This document shows, piece after piece, positions 45,439 to 60,477 of a stretch of DNA of 64,000 bases. The notes under the pieces are model-generated. The model did no database searches and had not been told where the DNA came from. It saw nothing but the letters and a program-made list of their open reading frames with translations. The first letter of the stretch is position 1. Each line of letters opens with the position of its first letter. Origin of the DNA: Adineta vaga (Eukaryota; Animalia; Rotifera); contig CP075493.1 of NCBI GenBank assembly GCA_021613535.1, positions 4,960,001 through 5,024,000 on the forward strand, written 5' to 3'. The position numbers and the translations under genes were made by a program.

Positions 45439-45570
45439 AATATTCAAGAATTCGAATTTGAAACAAAAGACAAATGTTTATTTTTATTTTATTAATTTAA
45501 CTCTTAATGCTTTTAATTCTTCAGATCTTTCGAATATAAAAATATAGCAAGTAGATGTCACTAGTAGATA

Positions 45571-46627
45571 TCAATGTACAAAAGTAATATTCTTCGATAG
45601 ATTACGATTATTTGAATAAACATGTTGTGATATTGTTTGTTGATGTATACGTATTTGATTTTCTTTTTTCAAACAGAAATGTACAGTTAACATAAATTTT
45701 GAACGAAAGTATCGTGATGTTAAACAATATATATAGAATCCAATACCAAAGTAAAGACTACTCCATAGAAGCATCGGTGTACGTATATCATCAATCGATG
45801 GTTTATAATGAACAATAGTTGCATAGATATGAAATGGAATTTGAGTAATAACAAATGCTGATACATTTGATATTGTTATAAATATAAGCATTCTATCTGT
45901 ACTTGGAGAATGATGAGATGTCGAAGAAAATGGAATGACACGACGTTTCGATTCATGTATTCGACGCCATAAGAATATATTTGTCACAATCATTATTGAA
46001 GCTGGAAAAATACAGACGAGAACAGTACGAATTGGTGGCCATATTGTATTCATAAATCGATTATAGATTGGATGAGATGTTATTTTACAAATTTCATTCT
46101 CATCTTCTTGAATATATGGAAGTAAATAGAATGTTAATGAAATTGTAAAAATAAGCAAATAGATACAAACAATTCGCCATACTGTTCGACAAGTACAAAC
46201 TTGTTTGGCACGAACTGGATACATGGCACGAAACATTCGATCGAAACTTATTGTACAAGCAATATATGAACTTAATGCACGGAAAATATTTTGAAACCAA
46301 TATAGAAAACGACATCGAATTACAGCAAATTTCAATAAACGAACTAGAAATGAAGAAGAAAAACAAGATTTATATGAAAATAAAGTTTTTAAACATACCA
46401 TTATAAGAAACTTCAATAAATTCAATGGTCAATGTTAATAAATGAAAACTATTCGATATTGTTAAAAATAGGAAAAGTAAACCTGTTGAAACGTGTCGTA
46501 TATCTGCACGAATAAATATTGTTAACGATAGGAAATTTCCAATAAAACCACCTATATATACAATTGTACCGAAAATAGCTGTATATGCTATTTCTTCTTT
46601 AGTAACTGTATCTTCTGTTGAGTTCAT
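45571..46627 (-). CDS. Orphan class A (rhodopsin-like) GPCR 1 (2 exons)
   Basis: TM1 GFIGNFLSL; TM3 ISFDRM; TM5 FPASIM; TM6 TQIPFH; TM7 FYIYCLTSRYFR; intron about 56 nt. Confidence 0.85.
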
Positions 46628-46785
46628 TCAATTTATTTCATATGAATCAAAAATGTGTTAAGTACATATATTAGAACTATAAATGAAATGATTAGTGTAA
46701 AAAAACAAGTCCTTGAAGTTTATCTTTATTAAAATAAATCACAACGAAGTGTTGCTTTATGAACAATATATCAATCAATCGTTAT

Positions 46786-47950
46786 TTAGACTGCTGGTGG
46801 ACGTGTATATGAAGAAAATTCATAATTCGATTGATTAGGTGATCGATTACATCCATATTTTCGATAGAAATATATGATTTCAATTGTTAACAGAATAGTT
46901 ATAATTGGAATACATAAACCCATTCCTATTTTTGCTGGAGTACCAGGCGGTGAATCACCTAACAAAAATAAACATTATTTACATGTAACTTTTTTTATCG
47001 TATTTTATTACCTTTTTCATAATTTATGTATCCTGGTGTGGTACTTTGTGCATCTAGAAAGGTATAAAATGAATTGATTTATGATTCATAAATGTGAATA
47101 TACCAATAAATATTGATGGAGCGGACGTTACTGTTACAATTGTTAGATTACCATTTGTATCTGGTAGAAGTAACGGTTTTGTTGGTACTGGTGATGATAC
47201 ATTAGCTTGTATACATGCAACATTGCAATCAGTACGATAAGTTTGAAAGCGAATATCCGTAATCATACGGTACTCTGAATTTGTACTTCTATGTATGCAG
47301 AAAAAGAAAGGAAGTATTTTTTATTTCTTTCAAAATTTCATTGAAGAAAATATACTTTAGTGGAGAAATAATTTCTACTCGTGTTACTGTAATGTTGAAA
47401 TTGGGTAGATTAAAACAGGTGTTAACCTAAGAAAATAAGATGAAAAATTATTTTTAAATCAAAAATAAGTTTACCATGCTTTCTACACTTGTTAAAGCTG
47501 TTAAATCAGTAATATTTCCTAATTTTAAAACTACTGAACTGTTGATAGGAAAATAATAAGTTAAGATCTGATCAATATCTAAATAAAACAAATAATATCA
47601 GTTTCAAAAGTAGAAAAGCAATTATTACTGAACGAAGAGATCGATGTTGCTGGAAAAATACTTGTTAATGTAGATGATAAACTCATCATGGATGAAGATA
47701 TTGTTGTTGCTGTTGATGATGAAATTGTGACAGGATCATCAGTTGATATTGACTGTGATGAATAGAATGAACTAATTCCATTACCTAACGATGATGATGT
47801 ATATACTATAGTGGATGAACCCTTGGAATCGAATGTTATTGATGTCATATCACCATTCGAAGATGTAAGTGTATCACTGGTAGTTTGACATTGATTTTTT
47901 GTAAATAGAAGAAAAATCCAAACGATCAGTTGCAGGAAAGATTTCTTCAT
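46786..47950 (-). CDS. Single-pass mucin-like membrane protein (Ser/Thr-rich ectodomain), multi-exon
   Basis: Signal peptide MKKSFLQLIVWIFLLFTKNQC; S/T-rich stretch; small Cys-containing domain; TM KIGMGLCIPIITILLTIEIIYF; short tail ending YTRPPAV*. Confidence 0.7.
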
Positions 47951-48263
47951 GATCTTATATAATTTAGGATGTTTCTATTGAAATGTATATTTCTTTTAGA
48001 TCTTTAGTTGTACTCGTTAATAAACAAACGATCAAAATGACTGATTTTTCATTAGTTTTTTCTTCTCTAACTATTTTCTCTAGGATAATAACAACAGAAA
48101 GAAATCAGAGAAAAAAAACAAAATTTTGAATAAATATTTGTCATACATGTCTGTTAAAAGTAAGATATAGAAAGCAAAATCTTTTATAACATAAATATGC
48201 AATGCTCACAGAATATTGACTCATTTATTTCCGTTCTGTTTCGTATTGCATAGGTCTGCGTTT

Positions 48264-48285
48264 TCTCTCTCTCTCTCTCTCTCTC
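48264..48285. repeat. (CT)n microsatellite
   Basis: About 11 CT units read directly. Confidence 0.8.
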
Positions 48286-48565
48286 TTTTGTAAATCATAT
48301 TGAAATGATATCTTTCAAGTATGAGTAAAGAACAATAATTATGCACAAGGTGTTATTTTCTTTTGAGATAGTGTATTATAAATAATCTGTCTTTAAAATC
48401 ATGAATTTGTTTTCGAAAGCAAAAAAAATGAGTTAAATATGATTCAATGTTAAATACATTCAAATGAAATAATCAAATATTGATTTTAACAAATCAGTGA
48501 AGTATTCTATCAAAATATAACAACATTCAAATAGTTCACATAAAAGTTGTCTGTAGATTTGATAT

Positions 48566-49699
48566 TCAACCATTTTGTGTTTGTATTTTTGTCATATGTA
48601 AAATTTTCTTGAAAATTTCCAAGAATTTCTTTCGAAATAACGGTGACGCTAGACAATAGAAATAAAATGCAATACCAAAGTAAATACTCGACCATAATAG
48701 TAACATTCCATAGATCATTAAATGAACATATCCATGTAATGATGCAATATGAACTCGTATCACTGCATAGAAATGAAATGGAACTTGTGTTATTATAAAT
48801 ACACCAAAATTGGCAACCATGAGATAGAAAAGCATTCGATCAACAGCTGAACTTCGATTATTATTCAATTGTAAGATATTTGTTCCTGTTACACCTGTCA
48901 CTATTCGACTTGCCGTATTTATTGTTTGAACATCAGCAATACGTTGATGAGATTGCCGAATATTATATAACATTCGAGCATTTGCTAAAACCATAAGTAT
49001 AATTGGAATTAAACAAAAGAATACCGCTCGTAATGGAATATTGATTTTAGAAAGAAATAAGAAATAACTTTCCGATTGATTATAATTACAATTTCGAGTT
49101 ATTGGATCTTGAGTACTCAATGAAAATAAATAAAAAGACCAAAAAAAACAGAAAAGAATCAAAAATAGAATTGCTAATTTACAAACATTTCGACGTGTAC
49201 ATATTAATCTTGAACGCATGGGAAATTCAGATCGAATAAGACGATCAATTGTAATACCAACGGAAAAATATGTACTCATTGCACGACTCACATTTTTTAC
49301 AAATGGATTTAATCGACATTGAAAGAAAACATGCGGATAAAGATGATAACCATAAGCTGCAATTGATTCCGTTGCTAATGTCCACAGATGAAAAAAATTC
49401 GATATAGTCATTAAAAGAAATAAAACACCTGTCGATATTTTTCGAAAATCTGCTAATGAAGCGAAAATAATCAATGCAAAAAGATTACCAATAAATCCCA
49501 AGAGATATCTATGAATTAGAAGAAAATTATTACGTCAGAATTTCAAATGAAACTATTCATACACTAGACATGAAGCAGTAATCTCAAAATAATATAAACC
49601 AATAAGAGATTGAACAAGTTCTTCATCAAAATCACCCATATCAATCATATCAGGACTACTTCGAGCCAACATTACAAATGTTTGATTTCTTCTAAACAT
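48566..49699 (-). CDS. Orphan class A GPCR 2 (2 exons)
   Basis: First exon MFRRNQT...FEITASCLV spliced to YLLGFIGNLF; ITIDRL; TQVPFH; FYFYCLASPLFR. Confidence 0.85.
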
Positions 49700-50995
49700 T
49701 ATAATACTAGAAAATAAACTAAAACGAGATTATTGAGAAAGACAATCGATGATCCTAAAATAAAGTCCGATTTTCATCTACTGTTGATAATAAATGTCTA
49801 TTCATATCATGACTCTCATCGTCTGTTATTCATTAGCAAATGTTCTTTTCATCAAGTCTTAAAAACGTTAGAACTAATATGAGATAATATTAGTACGTGG
49901 CAGGTTCACTATTGAAATTGATAATGAATGAATATATCTGAAAATACCTATTTCCTATAGCCCTCAATATATTAAAACGCATGGCTTACGAAGTATAGAA
50001 AAATACTATGGAGATCTATCTCATTAATTAATATCTATTTTATGTTCTAAATAAATGATAATTTTCTAATATAGATCATTTTCTAACGGAAATAATTATA
50101 ATGATCTCCGTTCTTGTTTGAACAATGAGCATTATTCGGTTTTTTCATGCTTATAGTCATGTCTTATTTGAAGATTGATATAATTTTAATCATGCAAAAA
50201 CAGAAAGTAGAGCTTGTTTTTTCCAAAACAAAATTCTAGTATAGAGTTTATGAATAATTAAAAAGATCAATGAGTAGACGACTGGATATAAAAAGAAGAA
50301 GACATTCTCTATCACTCTATATTTCTAAAACAGAATTTAAGTTCATAAATAAAGGATTTGAGCGAGTATATTACGGAGATACTCTCGTGTTAACATCAAA
50401 GATCTTGATTCTAGATCTATTCGTCTTTAATTCTTCACTAGAAAATATGAAATTATTATAAAGGATAATTCATTTTTATTGAATAAAAATCAAATATTCA
50501 TCTACTATCGTTGTCAACCGATGAAAGTAATAATTAAAGTTCAAACAAATAAACCTTCTGTCAACATTTCATTTATGCATATCTTTCAATTTAAGATGAA
50601 TTTCAATTCTCTTATTCATAAAAAAAATACTGACTGACTAATGAGAGTTTATTTTGAATTAATATTCCAAACAACAATTCTATATTTAGTGAAGACATGA
50701 TTTTCACTTTGACTAGCTGTACAAAATCTTAATCTATGGTGCATGTTGAATTTATATTAAAAAAACACATTTGCATATATCTTGAAATTCGTTCGTTCGT
50801 TCATACATATTAAACAGTATATTTTGTATAAAGAAAATATTTATCTATGAAAATACATTGACTTATTCTTTTCATTTTTTGAATTACTCAACAATTATAT
50901 AAATAACGAAACGAAACTATATGAATATATATTTGTCGCTTTTTTTATATTCATTTTTTTAAACTTTACCATTTCATTCAAATCAGAAATAGACG

Positions 50996-53758
50996 ATGAT
51001 GGATAGATTTATCATCATCTATTTGTTCTTTTTAATATCTCTCATATATGCGAGTCATTTTCGTGGTGGTACAATTACATGGTAAGTTCTCTATCAATTC
51101 TCTATTGCATCGATGAAATGATTCAATTTTCAGGCGTCCTCTTAACAATACTCCTTCTGGCAGTAAATGCAATCTTTTGGTGCGTGAACGATATTCATGG
51201 CGACGGAGTTTTTCTGCTGCTTGTTTTTGCGATAGCACAACTATTGCTACAAAAGGCCTTATTGGTAATTCAGATTGGATAACTTGTACATCTGGTACCT
51301 GCAGTTCGTGGTCTAACATGAATACGCAGACGTCATGTACAGATTTCAGTAGTATATTAGACGTTAGTTCTGGCGAACGATATGAAATAAGAAATATTAC
51401 ACTTGGAATATCATTCAGTATCACTTATAATGATGGTGACTGGTTCGCAGCTCTATATGTTGGTGCTAACTCTAAATGGTATGTTACTAATTGGGTCAAT
51501 ACTGTTATTAGACCTGATGGTTACCTCAACACCAGTCCTGTGGCTGTCACAATTCCTATTATTTATAAAGAAATCAATATCCAACATGTTCATGTTGTTC
51601 AAATGTCTGATTTTGATGGCACAGACATCTTATTATGTCGATGGTCAATTGGAACTACAAGTAATATTAATTCTTATAATGAATGTGGTGGTGTCTGCTC
51701 AGGAGTTCCTGGTGCTGCTCTCATTCAAACAAACTGTACCATAGTATTCACATTGACAACAGCTGGAATGTATGCTGCAGTAGCCTTGCAAATCGAAGAT
51801 TATTACAACACTGCAGCAACAGTACCAATGAGTTCTGTTCCTCTTCAATTTCTCTTCTATGGTTATGGTGCACCATCAGGTTGCACTACTCCACCTGCCA
51901 TCATTGGTAATCGACCGAATCGTGGTAAGTTGAAACTGTATTTTACATGTTTTCCTTTCATCATCACATGTTTGTTAGCTTGTATTGGTACACCTATTGG
52001 TTCTAATGTCACTGAATATATTATTGTACAAGTTTATTGTCCAGGACAGAGTATTGTAGACTTTATATCAAGTTCACCAGTTGGCCTGAAAAAAAGTGCT
52101 ATATTACATCCAAGCACATGTCAGTATATGTTTTATGATTCACATGATTACTTATCATCTTTTTTCAATAGATATCTATCAGTTGATTCTCAGTTGGGTT
52201 CCAGTAGCAGATCAATACGGACCACAATCACTTTGTGCTGGAGCAGTTGATAATTCAAATCTGCAGTCGAATCAATGGTGTATAACATTTTTGGTTGGTT
52301 TTGAATCACCTGATGTCATTCGACCATCAATGGTTCAAGGCTCAGCTTCACCAATTGGCACTATCTTTCAAAACCACACTGTCTTTTCTATTCAAAGTAA
52401 AATGAATCTTAATATTTAATAACAAACATATTGATTGTAAACTGACTTATTGCTAGCAAATAATACGAATACTTTTCCTATTTTCCCTCACGTCGACATA
52501 TTTAGATGATCAGATGATAAAATCATTATAGAATAAATAGAAATTGTTCATTTTGGTAGTTGTCTCATGTGCATTTTAATAACATCTATGAATTACGAGA
52601 ATTAGAACTTATTATTGACTAGTATATTCATTGAACTCCAGTGTTTTTACTGAATACTCTTTATAGCTTCAAAATCAGTGAATCGTCCAACACGTAACGG
52701 AACTTATATCTACTTTTGGGATTCAACTCTTGGTGGCACACTTGTTCAGAAATATGATTGTGGTTGGGAACCAGAAGTAACTTACACTGGTTTCACAACT
52801 GTCATTCGGTTTCCAACTGCACCATGGATTCCTGGACATTTCTATTATGTCACAATGGATAGTGGTATGTTTGTAGTAGATGATACATTCGATCGATCGA
52901 TCCAATGTTCTTTGTAATTATAGGTGTAGCAAGTGGAACGGAGTTTTGTGGTACGTAGTCATCTATGTATCTCATCGATCGAACTTCGATTGACATTGTA
53001 GGTCCTGAGTCTGCTGCAGTTAATGATCCAACTTATTGGGTATTCAATATATGGGATCCAACGCGTTCATCTACAACAACGACAACGACTACTCCTTTCA
53101 CAACAGTCACAGTCACAACAAAACCAACATCAACAACAAGTATCAATACTCTTGTAAGTTCATTCGATGACTTGTGTTCGTTTTGAACAATTTAATTCTA
53201 ATTAGTTAACAACAACTGGAATAGTGATTACAACTACAACTCCTGTCACAACTACTGCAACACTCTCAACTAGCACGTTACCAGGTATATCCAAAAACTT
53301 GATACTTTTCTCTTGTGTAAAGATGAAAGTAAATGTAGAAAGCTATTAAGAGAAAAAGTCAATCTATCTCTCATGTTCTTAATGAAATCTATACACTAGT
53401 TTATCTTACGTTTTAGTTTCAACGATCGGTACTACGGTGTCAACGATTACAACAGAACCAAAATTTACTGTTATCTATCCAACTAATATAGTAAGTTTTA
53501 AACAAAAAACCTACTAAACTCATCTTTTTTTTTTCATCTCAATAGCAATACTTATGTAAACAACCAATCATAATTATGAATGTAATTATGATGACTTTTA
53601 TTGCTCCTTTAAATGCAGTAGTTATGTATGCAACATTTGCAAAGTTGTCCAACATCTTTGATCCATCAAAACTTAATGCAAAGAAAAGACACAAGCAAAG
53701 AATGAAAAGAATTCTTGGTCCAACAAATCCGACTTCATTTAATCATGAACTATGGTAA
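50996..53758 (+). CDS. SHFRGGTITW-family type I membrane protein, paralogue B
   Basis: MMDRFIIIYLFFLISLIYA|SHFRGGTITW. Same motifs and intron positions as 10332-13004, including a 27-nt micro-exon (52924-52950); Thr stalk, TM helix and RHKQRMKRI tail. Confidence 0.8.
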
Positions 53759-54132
53759 TCATTTTCAACTACAAATGAATTTGATACTTTTTTTCTTTTT
53801 CAAAATAAACTAAGACTTTTAATACGATCTGCTTTGTTTTCATGTTTATCACAAAAGTTAAAAATCTCAAGATAAACTAACAACGTTTTTATAATACTCG
53901 TCATAATTGTATTCAATGATATAACATAATCTCATCGATATGATTATAAAATTAGAAGAAATTATCTATCATAATCTTTCGTTGTATTTAAAGAATTTGA
54001 TAATACTTGTTTTACATGCATAAACTGTTACATTACTATTTCATAATTATAGATAATTATAGTATGACTCTCTGTCATCTTATTCAATATTCTCTCTCAT
54101 GCTTGTTTTGATTAACTCAAGTAAAAGTTAAA

Positions 54133-55221
54133 ATGAATCAAACGATTAGTCGGAATACAACTGAAACAAATTCATCATTCATTATTTTCATTCAATTGGA
54201 AATCGCTGCTGCATGTATAACGTAAGTGAATAATTAATTTTTAATTTTTCAATCATTGATTGATACATCTCATAGATATGGTCTTGGATTTATTGGCAAT
54301 CTTTTTGCATTGATTGTTTTCTCTTCATTATTAGAATTTCGTCGAATATCTACTGGTATTTTGTTTCTTCTTATGACTATATCAAATTTTTTTCATCTTT
54401 GGACATTAACAATTGAATTCATTGGTATTTGCAGTGGTTATTATATCTATTCGACTATTTTCTTTCAATGTCATATAAATCCATTTATTGAAAATATTAG
54501 TCGTGCGATGAGTACATATTTCTCTGTTGGTATCGCTGTTGATCGTTTTATTCGTTCGGAAATACCAATTCGTGCGAAAGTCATTTGTACAAGGAAAAAT
54601 ATCATTATTCTAACAGTAATTTTCTTGATTATTTTCTGTATTTTCTGGTCGTTTTATTTCATTCCATTGAACAATTATATTTTGATTCGAGGAATTTGTG
54701 TTTACAATGAAAAAAATCACTATCAATTTTTTCTTCTGAATATCTATATTCCATTACGAGCGGTTGTCTTCTGTTTTCTACCGATTATAATCATGACTGC
54801 AGCAAATATACGTATGATGAATAATATTCGTCAAGCACGAGCTCGTGTTGGTGATATTCCACAAATAATTGAAGGAACGAAAAGTAGTACAATCATTACA
54901 TCAACCGTAATCAATGGTCCTGTCAGTCGACGAACTTTAGCAATCGATCGAATGCTTCTCTATATGATGATAGCAAGTGTATTAACATTTATTATTACAC
55001 AACTACCTTTTCATATCTATATGTTGATAGAAATTCGTTTTTATCAGATTGATAATCATCTTCATTCATTAATCTATGCCATGCTTTTAATTTGGTCGAG
55101 TATTTATTTTGGTATTGCTTTTTATTTATACTGTTTAGCCTCGCCGTTATTTCGTAGGAAATTTATTCGTATAAGTAGACGATTAATACATTGTCACTTG
55201 TGTGAGAATGTAATGATGTAG
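54133..55221 (+). CDS. Orphan class A GPCR 3 (2 exons)
   Basis: MNQTISRNTTETNSS (N-glycosylation sequons)...LEIAAACIT|YGLGFIGNLF; IAVDRF; TQLPFH; FYLYCLASPLFR. Confidence 0.87.
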
Positions 55222-55364
55222 ATTATTTAAAATTTTTTTTGACAATAAAACTAATTTCTTTATTGAGTACAATTTACAGACAACATTTATACATGCGGAC
55301 ACAAACAACGAGCGAGATAATGAATCATTTTCTTTGAAATATGTCTGCAGAGAAAAGTTTACAT

Positions 55365-56488
55365 TTATCTTTGATGACATACTTGATAAAATGTAACTTT
55401 CTTGATTATTTGGAGAAGTGCTCGAGAAAAAATTGGTGATGCTAAACAATAAAAATACGATCCCATACCAAAATAAATACTTGACCAAATCAAAAGTGCT
55501 GCTCGAATAAATTGCGCATCAAATGCATTCATTCCTCGATTGTATGTTCGTACAATTGTATAGATATGAAATGGTATTTGTGTAATAATAAATACTCCAA
55601 CATTAACTAACATCATACGAAAAAGCATTCGATCAAGAGATGTTAGTCGTTCATTTGATGTTCCACTTGTACGAGTCATTTCAGATGCTTGTATAACACG
55701 TCGACGAGAGCGTCGAATATTAAATAACATACGAAGATTTGCTAGACTTATGATTACTACAGGAATTAAGCAGACGAAAATAAAACGAAGAGGTAAAAAT
55801 ATATTACTGAAAAAGAATGTATATGCTGATGCTCTACCAGTATAACAACCGCCTGCGGTTGGATTGATTGAATTCATTGGAAAAAACCAGAATGAATAGA
55901 AAACTGAAGATACGATCAAGTATATTAAACTTAATTTAAGTGCATTTTGACGCGTACAAAGATGTCTTGAACGAAGTGGAATTTCTGATCGAAGAAGTCG
56001 ATCTACTGTAACAGTTATGGCGATATAGGTACTCACAGATCGACTAACATTTTGTATGAAATAATTCAAACGACATTGAAGAAACTCATTTAAATATATA
56101 TAAACGTTGAAAGTGCCAAGAAATTCTGTTGTTAATGTCCATAGATGAATTGTATTTGAAAGCGTCATAAGAAGAAATAAGATTCCTGTCGAAATCTTTC
56201 GAAATTCATCTTTCGAAAAGAAGATCATCGATGCAAATAGATTTCCAATAAAGCCAAATCCATAACTAAAATAGCATTTGATTTTAAAATAAAAAACGAT
56301 ATGAAAAACAAAAATTACATAATACTAGCAGTAATAATCTCAAACCAAATAAGAATAATCACTGGTGATTTAATCGCTAATAACGAAACAGTTGTAGTTG
56401 TTATTGTCTGTGAAGTATTCATTACATTCGCTGTCGTTCCTACCGTTTTAGCCATGAATTCATATGAATATGTAGGTAACATTGTCAT
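55365..56488 (-). CDS. Orphan class A GPCR 4 (2 exons), tail-to-tail with GPCR 3
   Basis: First exon ...WFEIITASI spliced to YGFGFIGNLF; VTVDRL; TQIPFH; YFYCLASPIF. Confidence 0.85.
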
Positions 56489-56939
56489 CTTGTAAAACTT
56501 CAGCAGTGACTTTGATGAAACAGACCATGTTACCTATTTAAATGGAATTCTGGAAATTAAAAAGTTGGTGTTTTTGTTTACAAGGGATATATTTCAAATA
56601 TCCTGTGTGAATTTTTATTAATTTTCTATACGATAGATTGCCATTAGAAATCATTTTCGTACTCTCATTAAACTGTCTCCAATAATTTATATAGAGTAAA
56701 CATAATTAAAGCCTCCTGTTTCTCTATGACGTATGTAAAATAGATATTTTTAGAATGAACTAACAAGACGTATATTCAGTGAATTAAATAAAACGAACAA
56801 AAAGGTAATGCAATAAAGACATCAAGAACGTGTCGACTAAGTCAAATATTGAAGATAATCAATTAAGTTTATGTTTTTTTGATGAATTTATAATAGAAAA
56901 TAGGTTGTAGTAATTTATTGAGATAACATTATAGTCGAT

Positions 56940-58004
56940 TCAAACTACAGGTTGTCGACGAATCAAACGAATAAAATCATTTCGAAATTTACTGGAACAG
57001 ATCGAATAAACTAAAACAAAATATAATTCTATTGAACAAAAGAGAATACGAAAAAACTATTTATACCATAGAATTGCGCAACACAATAAACATAATTCAA
57101 CAATGGACTGATAATATATCCAATTAAAGATTCAATAGCTAATCTTAATTCATTTTTTTGTTGAACTATCGGTGCTGTTATAACACCATAGAGAACATTG
57201 ACAGGATAGAGAACAGTTGTAATAATATAAAGTATAACTTCAACAGATAACATTTTCATTAAATCACGATTCGCCTTTTGAAAACGAATTTGAGCTATGC
57301 TTGATGAGGGTAAAACTCTTGATTTAACTAATTTTAAATTTCGCCATGCGAGAAAACCGAATAATATCATCAACATCGGAGGAAGTATACCAATAACAAC
57401 AAATAAATACATCGAAAATGCGAATGCATAGTTAGATGGTGTACCACATCGACCAGAATAATTATTAACAAATACTGCCATATGAACAGGAATGATAGGC
57501 CATATTAATATCAAACAAATGATCACATTTCGAGAAACAATTGGTCGAGCATATGATCGAATATTTGTCTTAGGTGATGTCAATGCCCATCGATCAAAAC
57601 ATGCTGCAATCGCTGAAAACAAATAAAAAAGAATGATCTGATTTGTATCAAGTTGTTCTTTGTTTGTTTTTTGAAAACTTACTAAAACTTCGTGAAAGCA
57701 TCAATAAGATTTGTCCTCCATACCATCGTAATTTACAAACAACAATCGATTGATGTTGAGGATCAACATGATCAACGCCATAAACTGTTGATATAAGACT
57801 TGTATTAATCAAAATCCAATTGGTTATTGAAGCAGCTAAAAGATATAATGTACAAGAATTTGCTTGTTTCTTTAATGTTCGTATAAATATTAATATTGTT
57901 AAAACATTGCCTATATTACCGAGTATAATTAATACCGATAAACCATATCGACCAATGTTCTTTTGTATATTATTTATAGTCTGAGGCAACATACTATTAT
58001 TCAT
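56940..58004 (-). CDS. Orphan class A GPCR 5 (3 exons; different subfamily)
   Basis: LGNIGNVL; SCTLYLLAAS; CKLRWY; ACFDRWALTS; LPPMLM; last exon VYSICSSKFRNDF...*. Confidence 0.85.
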
Positions 58005-59210
58005 AATTGAAAACTAAATTAGTGACGTATTTCTCGTCTGAAAAAGATTAATGAAAAAAATAATCCTCGAGATAATTCGCCGAAAAAAAGAACACTTTGT
58101 ATCTTCAGCAATTAATATGCATTGCATGTTATCACTGACTGCTACTTTTCCGAGGAATACATGAAATATTTGATAGAAGATTCTACTTTGCGTTCATTTG
58201 TATATATATATATATACTTCGGCAGTTATCAACATCATTATCTCATTTCGACTTTGACAAATTCTATTCAATAGTTTATAACGTGACCTATTTCTAAAGT
58301 TTCATGCTGAAGATTATATCGTGCAGTATTAATTTAGTGCGTGTTCTAATATCCGAACAGTTGGTATCTCAATTAATTCATTTTATGCAGTACGCAGATG
58401 CAGAAGATAAACTATTTAATTAAGAATCTAAATAATTCTTGCTAGAGAATACTGTGACACAGAATAATTATTATTTGCTCGATTTTAATCTGAGAAACCT
58501 ATGCAATTGCTAATGACATCCGTCATGAGAAATGTAATTATGATAACTAAAGATATGAACTATAGACGTGCTTCTGCAAGTCAAACAAGGTTATTTGTTA
58601 ATGAAATATTTTCGATTTATTCTATGTCGATCAATTAGTGCATATTTGTTTCAAACTTATGATAAACATCTCGAGATTCAATTAAATTCCATTCATTTAC
58701 TAAAAGATAAATTGTCTGAAAATCGTTTACATCTCCTGTGTCTTGTATTCCATATTCATTTATTCGAATAAAAGAAATTAAATCAACAATTTCCTTCTTC
58801 TATACGAAGTTATCGTAACTTTTCTTGAGAATGGACATAGTTTAAGCACATTTATGATGCAACTGAAAGTTGAGTATTGCGATAGTTACTTTTTCGCACA
58901 AAGCTTTTTTTTGACGTTTTACTCCTTCATTTTAATTGCAGAAGTTCGAATAACAAGAACGAAAGAAACACCATTTTATACTTCAAATAGAGTACAAACG
59001 CTGAGCATCATAAGGAGCATGTTAAATAAACAAAGTCTGAAAATGCGCATTGCAGGTGAATTTTAATATATATTGAATATAATCAAAACTAACTATATAT
59101 ATATATATAAAAAGTAGTGTAATATGCGATTATTGCATCGAGTCAAATCATCAAGTTAATTACGAAAAGAAAAAGAATTCTCCAAATCTGTTAGAGATAA
59201 TTGCTATTGC

Positions 59211-60394
<1,184 letters not shown>

Positions 60395-60477
60395 CTAGAA
60401 AATTACCAAAAAGATGAAATGTAATAATTTTATCAAAAATATTTGAAAAAAAAGACTAAATTGTTGTCATTAAAAAA

